Assembly (NCBI GenBank): GCA_040754335.1 | Contig: JBFMCV010000006.1 | Location: 10,964 to 74,963 of the forward strand | Reading direction: 5' to 3' | From: Thermodesulfobacteriota bacterium | Lineage (GTDB): Bacteria > Desulfobacterota_D > UBA1144 > Nemesobacterales > UBA2774 | DNA: 64,000 nt | Shown: positions 55,355 through 64,000 of the stretch, one piece after another | Position numbering within the stretch: the first letter of the stretch is position 1 | How the letters are laid out: each line of letters begins with the position of its first letter | Program-made: the position numbers and the translations under genes | The notes under the pieces: generated by a model | The model's database searches: none | What the model was told of the DNA's origin: nothing | Seen by the model: only the letters and a program-made list of their open reading frames with translations

Positions 55355-56876
55355 TTCTTTTTTTCCCTTTTTGCGAGGCTCTGGCTGAAGAAGATGGTAT
55401 TTTAAGGGTTTTTCTATATTTTGCAACAGTTCTCCGCGCGACTATTACGTTCCTTCTCTCGAGTATTTTGGAAATATCCTCGTCCGAATACGGACTCTCC
55501 GGCAGCTCCTCAGCCACTATCTCTCTTATCATCGACTTCACTCTTTCGAAGGAAACCTCCTTGCCGTGGGAGGTTTCGATTTTTCTCGAAAAGAGTGATT
55601 TCAGCTCTATCGTCCCCTGCGGCGTCTGTATGTATCTCCGGCTCGTAATGCGGCTCACAGTGGATTCGTGGACGCCCACCGACTGCGCGACGTCCTTCAG
55701 GATGAGCGGCTTTATATAGTCCTTGCCGTGCTCGAAGAAGTCCCTCTGCACTTCGACGATCTTGGCTATGATTTTCTTTACGGCGGCTTCCCGCTCCTCG
55801 AGACATTTCATTATCCTCTGGGCGGCCTCTATCTTTTCCTTTAGGAAAAGCTTCGCTTCGGGCGGGAGGCTTTTTTCCTTCTTCAAGAGGTTCCTGTAGT
55901 AGCTGCTGATCCTCACCTTCGGGAAATCCCGGTTCAGCTGCACCTGGAGCTCGTTGCCGACCTTATAAACATAGAAATCGGGGATTATATATTTTTCGGG
56001 GTCCTTCTCGTAATAGGGCCTCCCGGGCTTGGGCTCCAGCGTGGATATGACCATGAGCGCTTCCTTGACGTCCTCGGCCGGGCATCCGAGACTCTCTGCG
56101 ATCTCGAACAGGTCTTTCTGGTCGAGGTCTTCGAGATGGTTTTCGATGAGCTTAAGCACCGTGCAGTTTTCCGTGTATCCGAGGTCGAGCGCCTGGATCC
56201 TCAGGCATTCCTTGAGGTCTCTCGAACATACGCCCGTCGGGTCGAATGACGTCTGGATCCGCGTTAAGACGTCCGTGATCCTGTTTATCAGCTCAGGGTC
56301 GGGTTTCGGCGGTTCGTTCCCCGCGCTGTTGTCTCCGGTTTCGGAAACGGCGTCCTCAGCCTGCGGGACCGGCTCCGGGCCCGCAAGATAGAGCGTCCCT
56401 ATCTCCTCGACGCCTATGTCGAGGTACCCGTCCTCGTTCGTGTTCCCGATTATGATCGAGCCTATATGCTTCTCTTCCGGGGTGAAATCCGAGACTTCCA
56501 GCTGCCAGGTCAGGTGTTCCGTGAGCGAATCGGGCGAGCTTATCCTGTTCTCCCAAGCCTGCTCCTCCTCGCCCTCGTCGTTGTACTGTCTCGAGGAATA
56601 ATGCGGCATATCGCTCGACTCGCCGCCGAACAGCCGGCTGTCCCCGGTTATACCGAGATCGATCGATTCTTCCGATGAGCCGTTCTCGCCTTTCTCTTTT
56701 ACTTCTTCCGCTTCCTCGAGTGTGGGGTTTTCAATGAGCTGCTCTTCGAGATAGTCCTTCAGCTCGAGCGTCGTCATCTGTATCAGCTTCAGGAACAGCT
56801 GAAGCTCCTGGGTCAATATGAGGCGCTGCTGAAGCACCTGCCTCTGGGACGTGGTCTGGCTGAGATTAGTGCTCAT
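55317..56876 (-). CDS. rpoN: RNA polymerase sigma-54 factor.
   Basis: It has the Gln/Leu-rich region I (LSQTTSQRQVLQQRLILTQELQ), an HTH, and the RpoN box ARRTVAKYR. I chose the start at MSTNLS. Confidence 0.9.
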   Translation of the reverse strand: MSTNLSQTTSQRQVLQQRLILTQELQLFLKLIQMTTLELKDYLEEQLIENPTLEEAEEVKEKGENGSSEESIDLGITGDSRLFGGESSDMPHYSSRQYNDEGEEEQAWENRISSPDSLTEHLTWQLEVSDFTPEEKHIGSIIIGNTNEDGYLDIGVEEIGTLYLAGPEPVPQAEDAVSETGDNSAGNEPPKPDPELINRITDVLTRIQTSFDPTGVCSRDLKECLRIQALDLGYTENCTVLKLIENHLEDLDQKDLFEIAESLGCPAEDVKEALMVISTLEPKPGRPYYEKDPEKYIIPDFYVYKVGNELQVQLNRDFPKVRISSYYRNLLKKEKSLPPEAKLFLKEKIEAAQRIMKCLEEREAAVKKIIAKIVEVQRDFFEHGKDYIKPLILKDVAQSVGVHESTVSRITSRRYIQTPQGTIELKSLFSRKIETSHGKEVSFERVKSMIREIVAEELPESPYSDEDISKILERRNVIVARRTVAKYRKTLKIPSSSARASQKGKKRNESKSNDETYKQ

Positions 56877-57083
56877 AACCCGCTCTTGCAAAACAAGTTA
56901 GAATCCCCCATCAAATTCTATGCCAATTCGTTTATATTCTACAAGCTTATAACCTATTTGTCTAAAATGCCAGCGATTTTTAAGAGAGGCGTGCGGGGTT
57001 AACCACGGGTTACGCTCTTTACATAGGCCCGGCAGCCCCGGGCGGGTATAATTTAATTCTGAAATATAGAGAGGAATTTGAGA

Positions 57084-57308
57084 ATGGAATTTCAGGGACT
57101 GGGAAAGCTGATAATTATTCTGGGGATATCTCTCGTTGTTATCGGGCTCCTGATAACCTTCGCACCCAAGATACCGGTAATAGGCAAGCTGCCGGGAGAT
57201 TTTTACTTCAGGCGCGGAAACACCTCATTCTATTTTCCCCTCGCTACTTCGATACTCATAAGCGTCATAATCTCGATTATCCTGAGCGTCATATTCCGGG
57301 GCAGGTAG
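57084..57308 (+). CDS. DUF2905 small membrane protein.
   Basis: It has MEFQGLGKLIIILGISLVVIGLL...LPGDFYFRRGNTSFYFPLATSILISVIISIIL. Confidence 0.6.
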   Translation: MEFQGLGKLIIILGISLVVIGLLITFAPKIPVIGKLPGDFYFRRGNTSFYFPLATSILISVIISIILSVIFRGR

Positions 57309-57321
57309 GCGGGGCACCTTT

Positions 57322-57945
57322 TCAGTGGGGCTCAGCCGGTATCGCCCACTTCCGCCTTTTGGACATGAGAGCCTCGTAAGCACTTATTTTGTCCTCGTTA
57401 TGGAGCGTAAGCGCGATATCGTCCAGGCCCTCGAGGAGTGTTTTCTTCTTGAAGGGATCTATGTCGAACTTGGCTTTCCAGCCGTCCTCTCCCTCCATGC
57501 TCTGGGTTTCGAGATCGACCGTGAGTGTGTAGCCTTTCTCCGCGTTCACCCTCGAGAAGAGCTCTTCTACGAGCTCCTCACTCAGCACTATGGGGAGTAT
57601 GGCGTTCTTGAAACAGTTATTGTAGAAAATGTCGGCGAAGGAAGGGGCTATGATCACCTGGAAGCCGTATTCCCTGAGCGCCCAGGGGGCGTGCTCCCTG
57701 GAGCTGCCGCTCCCGAAGTTGTGTCCCGTGAGCAATATGTTGGCTCCTTTCAGATGCTCCCTGTTAAGCTCGAATTCGGGGTTGAGGCTGCCGTCCTCTT
57801 TATACCGCCAGTCGAAGAAAAGAAACTCCCCGAACCCGGTCCTCTCTATCCTTTTTAAAAACTGCTTCGGAATTATCTGGTCGGTGTCCACGTTCATCCT
57901 GTCGAGCGGGGCGACGATCCCCGTAACTTTCCTGAGCGGTTCCAT
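57322..57945 (-). CDS. leuD: 3-isopropylmalate dehydratase small subunit.
   Basis: Its 207 aa align with LeuD throughout (NVDTDQIIPKQFL...). Confidence 0.9.
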   Translation of the reverse strand: MEPLRKVTGIVAPLDRMNVDTDQIIPKQFLKRIERTGFGEFLFFDWRYKEDGSLNPEFELNREHLKGANILLTGHNFGSGSSREHAPWALREYGFQVIIAPSFADIFYNNCFKNAILPIVLSEELVEELFSRVNAEKGYTLTVDLETQSMEGEDGWKAKFDIDPFKKKTLLEGLDDIALTLHNEDKISAYEALMSKRRKWAIPAEPH

Positions 57946-57958
57946 GTTCTCTCCCTTT

Positions 57959-59383
57959 TTAAATTTCCTTCTGTAAGTCCCATTCCCTTACGTCTACGAA
58001 GTGGCCTTCTATCGCCGCGGCCGCGGCCATTATCGGGCTGACAAGATGCGTCCTCCCCCCTTTGCCCTGGCGTCCCTCGAAGTTCCTGTTGGACGTGCTC
58101 GCGCACCTCTCGCCGGGCTCAAGTATGTCGGGGTTCATGCCGAGACACATGCTGCACCCCGATTCCCTCCATTCGAACCCCGCCTCCTTGAATATCTTGT
58201 CGAGGCCGATCTTCTCCGCCTGGAGCTTTACGAGCTGTGAGCCCGGCACCACCATGGCTCTCACCGTGGGGGATACCTTCCTGCCTTTTACTATTTTTGC
58301 CGCCTCCGTCAGGTCCTGTATCCTCGAATTCGTGCAGGAGCCTATGAAGACCCTGTCGACCTTTATGTCCTGTATGGGGGTCCTGGGCTTGAGCCCCATG
58401 TATTCGAGCGCGCTCTCAGTCGCTTTGCGGTCGTTCTCGTTATCGATTGCGCCCGGATCGGGCACTATGCCCGTCACGTCCGTGACCATTCCTGGGTTCG
58501 TGCCCCAGCTCACCTGGGGAGCCATTCTCGAGGCGTCGAGCGTGATGGATTTATCGAATTTCGCCCCATCGTCCGTCCTGAGCTTCCTCCATTCGGCGAC
58601 CGCTTCATCGAACTCCCTTCCCTTGGGGGCGTATCTCCGTCCTTTTATGTATTCGAATGTCTTCTCGTCGGGCGCGATCATTCCCGCCCTCGCGCCTGCC
58701 TCGATCGACATATTGCATATTGTCATCCTTTCTTCCATAGTCAGGGCCTCTATGGCGGGCCCGCGGTACTCCACGACTGTCCCCGTGGCCCCCGCCGTTC
58801 CGATATGCCCGATGATGCTCAGTATTATGTCCTTGGCCGTCACGCCGTAGCCGCGCGCGCCCGTCACCTTGACCTCGAATTCCCTGGGCAGGCTCTGCCT
58901 CAGGCACTGGGTCGCAAGCACGTGCTCGACCTCGCTCGTGCCTATCCCGAATGCGAGAGAGCCGAAAGCCCCGTGTGTGGACGTATGGCTGTCGCCGCAC
59001 ACGATCGTCAGACCCGGCTTGGTCAGCCCGAGCTCGGGGCCGATCACATGCACTATGCCCTGCATCTCGCTGTTTATTTTGAGACCGAAGAGCGTGATGC
59101 CGAATTCCTCGCAGTTCCTGACCAATACCTCAATCTGCTGCGCCGATATAGGGTCCTCTATCGGCAGCGCCCTGTTCGTGGTCGGCACGTTGTGGTCCAT
59201 CGTGGCGTACGTGAGGTCGGGCCTCCTGACCTTTCTCCCGGAAAGCCTGAGCCCCTCGAACGCCTGGGGCGAGGTGACCTCGTGAACGAGGTGGAGGTCG
59301 ATGTAAAGAAGTGTAGGCTTCCCCGGCTCCTCGTCCACCACGTGCGCTTCCCAAATCTTTTTAAAAAGTGTCTTTTCAGGCAT
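57959..59383 (-). CDS. leuC: 3-isopropylmalate dehydratase large subunit.
   Basis: The protein is 474 aa with the aconitase-family Fe-S Cys triad ([15 protein letters not shown]). Confidence 0.9.
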   Translation of the reverse strand: MPEKTLFKKIWEAHVVDEEPGKPTLLYIDLHLVHEVTSPQAFEGLRLSGRKVRRPDLTYATMDHNVPTTNRALPIEDPISAQQIEVLVRNCEEFGITLFGLKINSEMQGIVHVIGPELGLTKPGLTIVCGDSHTSTHGAFGSLAFGIGTSEVEHVLATQCLRQSLPREFEVKVTGARGYGVTAKDIILSIIGHIGTAGATGTVVEYRGPAIEALTMEERMTICNMSIEAGARAGMIAPDEKTFEYIKGRRYAPKGREFDEAVAEWRKLRTDDGAKFDKSITLDASRMAPQVSWGTNPGMVTDVTGIVPDPGAIDNENDRKATESALEYMGLKPRTPIQDIKVDRVFIGSCTNSRIQDLTEAAKIVKGRKVSPTVRAMVVPGSQLVKLQAEKIGLDKIFKEAGFEWRESGCSMCLGMNPDILEPGERCASTSNRNFEGRQGKGGRTHLVSPIMAAAAAIEGHFVDVREWDLQKEI

Positions 59384-59538
59384 TACCTTTCCCTCTCCGG
59401 ATTTGACAGTAGAACTAAATTATACATGATAGAAAGTACTTATGCATGGCGCGTCCCCAATGATCCCCGTTTATACAGGTGAAATATAAGTACTAATTCC
59501 CGATAATCAATACCGGTTTGACCTCGCAGCGCCCGGTC

Positions 59539-60870
<1,332 letters not shown>

Positions 60871-61054
60871 CTATCAAATCGGTAAATTTTATCGGTTATT
60901 ATTAATGCAGCGTTCCCGCGGGACTCACGTGAGGAATACGGTAATTCACAAGACACTGCGTTCAGGCGGACGAGTTTATTCTTTTTGTTGGAAATATGCA
61001 GCAGGTTCGGTAAAATTCTGTGATTTAAAAATAATTCTCCAAGGAAAAAAACTT

Positions 61055-62923
61055 ATGACGCTTGCTCGTAAATTGAAATCGATTTATATATGCGCATGCA
61101 TTTCTCTTATAGCACTTCTAATTTCATGCGCCGTCGGCGACGACAAAACGCCCGGGACTATATCCGACCTCACATCGGAGGAGATCACGAGGCTCCTCAG
61201 CTGGACAGCCCCGGGAGATAACGGGAACAGCGGGACTGTGACCATTTACTTCCCGAGGTTCTACAGCGACGAGCAGGTAGCCGAAATACTGGGCGTCCCC
61301 AATCTGGACGGCGTGCCTTTTGCCGAGATCCAGGACGCGGTCATAGACAACTTCAAGGACGCGACCCAGGTCCCCGACTTCCAGGTGCCTCAGCCCGCGG
61401 GGAGCGCCGAGAGCTTCCTTTCGCCGAGGCTCGATATCACGGGGGACACGAGATACTTCTATTCGATACGCAGCAACGACGAGACGGGCGGCTCCTCGCA
61501 GCCGTCGAACGTGGTCGAGCTTTCGACGCCGCTTCAGAACGTGAGATACGTGAGCAGCGAGCCCGGGAGCTGCATCGGGCAATCTGTCGCGGCGGGGAAT
61601 TACGACGGCGAGCTCGTAACGCAGAACGTATGCATAATCGATGATGACGACAACTTTTGCGGCGGCGGCGGCCTCGATACGGATATTAACGACATCGCTA
61701 TCGGGGACCCGTGTCTGGGAATGGTCTATATATTCTTCGGCCAGAACGACCTCACTGAAAACGGAAGCACTACCATAGACGTCGCCGACGCCGACGTCAC
61801 GATCATCGGAAACGCGTCTGACAGCTTCGGCGCCTCTTTAGCCACGACGAACGATTTCACGGGCGACAGCCAGGCGCAGGAGCTCATAATAGGCGCGCCT
61901 GATTTCAACGGAGGCACCGGAAAGGTATACATCGTTCTCGGCAGCAGGCAGATTCCGTCAGTCATAGACCTGGTGAACGGCAGCGAAGACCATTACGAGA
62001 TAGTCGGAGAGAACCCCGGGGACAACTTCGGTTTTTCGGTCGCTCAGGGAAGCGGAGTGACGAACGGGAGGGGCGTGTTCATAGTAGGCGCCCCGTTTTA
62101 CAGCTCCGAGACCGGAAGGGTATACGTGTTTAAGGGCGGCGACCTGGAGAAGAACGTAGAGGTCCCCGCTACGAACGCGAAAGCCATATTCACGGGACAG
62201 CAGGCGGGAGGGCTCTTCGGTTTCGATATCTCTCTCCTCGGCCGTATCGACAATAACGGCTCCGATGAGTTCGGGGTAGGGGCTCCCGAGATCGGGAAGG
62301 CGTATATTATTTTCGGTAAGTCCAACCTCCAGAGCAAAGACCTGGCGACCGACACCACAGACGTCCTTATACTGGAAGGGAGCGCAGCGGACGGCTTCGG
62401 CACGAGCATTTCAGGCAACGGGGACATAGACGAGGACGGCTTCGGTACGGACGACGTGATTGTAGGCGCTCCTGGAACGAACTCCGATACGGGCTCGGTG
62501 TTCCTCTATTCGGGCGAGGCGCTTGAGGCCAACCTCAAAGACGGCACGACGCCTGTAGTCGAGACTGAGTTTACGGGTTTGAACCCGGGAGACCTGTTCG
62601 GCACGTCGATAAGCGTGTTCCCCTTCCTCACTCCGGAATTGATAGAGGAGCAGAGGAACACTGCCATAGTGCTTGAATACAAAGTGACCAATGCGGATTT
62701 CGGGGTAGGGGCGCCCGGCGTTCCGAACGGCGCCGTGTACATATTTTTTGGTGAGGACGATTTTCCCGACATGGTCTCGGCAAACCAGGCGAACATCACC
62801 CTCGCTGGTCAGGACGGCGATACCGACTTCGGGAGCGTCGTTGAGAACCTCGAGGACGTGAACGGCGACCAGCAGGACGATTTCTCGGTCGGCGGCGCGG
62901 GATTCATCGACGTCTACTATTAG
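61055..62923 (+). CDS. FG-GAP (integrin-alpha-like) repeat lipoprotein.
   Basis: I chose the internal start MTLARKL... with lipobox LISCAV. It has ~7 repeats of FG.S..a..D..GDG..DlivGAP. Confidence 0.7.
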   Translation: MTLARKLKSIYICACISLIALLISCAVGDDKTPGTISDLTSEEITRLLSWTAPGDNGNSGTVTIYFPRFYSDEQVAEILGVPNLDGVPFAEIQDAVIDNFKDATQVPDFQVPQPAGSAESFLSPRLDITGDTRYFYSIRSNDETGGSSQPSNVVELSTPLQNVRYVSSEPGSCIGQSVAAGNYDGELVTQNVCIIDDDDNFCGGGGLDTDINDIAIGDPCLGMVYIFFGQNDLTENGSTTIDVADADVTIIGNASDSFGASLATTNDFTGDSQAQELIIGAPDFNGGTGKVYIVLGSRQIPSVIDLVNGSEDHYEIVGENPGDNFGFSVAQGSGVTNGRGVFIVGAPFYSSETGRVYVFKGGDLEKNVEVPATNAKAIFTGQQAGGLFGFDISLLGRIDNNGSDEFGVGAPEIGKAYIIFGKSNLQSKDLATDTTDVLILEGSAADGFGTSISGNGDIDEDGFGTDDVIVGAPGTNSDTGSVFLYSGEALEANLKDGTTPVVETEFTGLNPGDLFGTSISVFPFLTPELIEEQRNTAIVLEYKVTNADFGVGAPGVPNGAVYIFFGEDDFPDMVSANQANITLAGQDGDTDFGSVVENLEDVNGDQQDDFSVGGAGFIDVYY

Positions 62924-62950
62924 AACTCAGGCTCCGGCGAGCGGGGTTTC

Positions 62951-64000
62951 CTACTCGTATCTGAGCGCCTCGATGGGGTCTAGCTTCGACGCCTTCCGCG
63001 CTGGATAGATACCGAAAAATATTCCTATCAGAGCTGCGAAGAAGAAAGAGATCAGGATCGATTCGGGCGATATAACGGTTTTCCAGCCTGTGACTGAAGA
63101 CGCTATCTTCGATCCCAGGACGCCCGCCGCGATGCCTATCACGCCCCCCGTGAGCGAAAGCAGCACCGCCTCTATCAGGAACTGCATCATTATATCCTTT
63201 TCCTTGGCCCCGACAGCCATCCTTATCCCTATCTCCTTCGTCCTCTCGCCTACTGATACGAGCATGATGTTCATTATGCCGATGCCGCCCACGACGAGCG
63301 AGATCGATGCTATGCTCCCCAGGAGCACCGTCATGATGTTCGAGATAGCGAATATCCTGTCGATCACGCCCATCTGCGACCTTATATAAAAGTTGTCCTC
63401 CGCGTTTTTATCCAGCTTGTGCCTTTCCCTGAGAACTGACCTTATACGGGATTCAGCGGCCGGTATATCGTCAGGCGAACCGACTGCGACGGATATTGTT
63501 TCGAGCGTATCCGTACCGAGTATCCTTTTCTGGAACGTCGTATAAGGGATGAGCGCCACATCGTCCTGGTCCCTGCCGCCTGAGGTCTGTCCGAGCGGGC
63601 TCATCACCCCTATCACCCTGAACGAATTCTTCCCTATCCTGACCGTCTGCCCGACCGGGTCCCTGTACCCGAAGAGGTTCGACACGACCGTCTTACCGAG
63701 CACGCAGACGTTCTCCGTCTTCGATACGTCCTCGTTGTTGAAGAACACCCCGGATTCCGGATACCAGTCGTTTATGTATACGAAATCGGGGCTCGTGCCC
63801 ACTACCACCGTGAACCAGTTCCTGTTCCCCCACACAACCTGCTCTGGTGCGTCCACCATAGGGGAGACGTACTTCACGATATCGATACCCCTTATAGCGT
63901 CCGCGTCGGCCGCGGTGAGGTCGATTGCGTTTTCCTGCACCCCGACGCCGCGCTTGCCTGGGTTTACGAACAGAGACTTTCCGCCGAGGCTCGTAAGCTG
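62951..64000 (-). CDS. MacB/FtsX-family ABC transporter permease (MacB_PCD plus FtsX), truncated. Its N-terminus lies beyond the window end.
   Basis: The periplasmic MacB_PCD region is followed by 3 C-terminal TM helices (FtsX) ending ...PARKASKLDPIEALRYE. Translation continues upstream of 63940 to the window edge. Confidence 0.7.
   Translation of the reverse strand, partial: QLTSLGGKSLFVNPGKRGVGVQENAIDLTAADADAIRGIDIVKYVSPMVDAPEQVVWGNRNWFTVVVGTSPDFVYINDWYPESGVFFNNEDVSKTENVCVLGKTVVSNLFGYRDPVGQTVRIGKNSFRVIGVMSPLGQTSGGRDQDDVALIPYTTFQKRILGTDTLETISVAVGSPDDIPAAESRIRSVLRERHKLDKNAEDNFYIRSQMGVIDRIFAISNIMTVLLGSIASISLVVGGIGIMNIMLVSVGERTKEIGIRMAVGAKEKDIMMQFLIEAVLLSLTGGVIGIAAGVLGSKIASSVTGWKTVISPESILISFFFAALIGIFFGIYPARKASKLDPIEALRYE

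Overview
This is a 64-kb chromosomal segment from a moderately GC-rich bacterium. Outside the first ~13 kb the GC content looks like ~55-60% by eye, and Arg and Lys codons are AGG/AAG-rich. The organism is probably an uncultivated lineage. The rpoN-hpf-ptsN-hprK-rapZ cluster and several families of 'junk' palindromic intergenic repeats are typical of delta-proteobacteria- or Nitrospirae-like genomes.

Layout, in order:
(1) 1-13.3 kb is a lower-GC surface-polysaccharide locus made of two operons. One is an ABC-transporter-type module: GT2, CE4 deacetylase, Wzt with a C-terminal glycan-binding domain, and Wzm. The other is a Wzy-type module: a secreted protein, Wza, a Wzc BY-kinase, a TPR/CBM4_9 protein, and a Wzy_C membrane protein. 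A convergent WecA-like initiating transferase carries two tandem C-terminal MshEN (T2SSE_N) modules, which I take to be c-di-GMP receptor modules.
(2) Housekeeping: hisD-hisC, lnt and lgt (lipoprotein maturation), an HNH endonuclease, a TolB-like protein, and ThpR.
(3) A detoxification-type cluster: DUF2461, SnoaL, cupin, an MhqA/LinE-like VOC dioxygenase, an esterase, a Nu-class GST, an SDR, and a YdjM-like protein.
(4) A RelE/RHH toxin-antitoxin pair, carboxylesterase B, an OprB porin, dienelactone hydrolase, a giant AsmA-like protein, MscL, Aat, GDSL hydrolase, an archaeal-type NMNAT, and a LonC-like protease with a large AAA+ insertion.
(5) The rpoN-hpf-ptsN-hprK-rapZ-EIIA(Man) regulatory PTS cluster, leuCD, eno, an FG-GAP lipoprotein, and a truncated MacB-like permease.

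Three intergenic regions (19.6, 23.5-24.2 and 29.7-30.0 kb) carry related REP/MITE-like palindromic repeats. I found no rRNA or tRNA genes and no CRISPR array. Most small six-frame ORFs are antisense artefacts of the high-GC coding regions.
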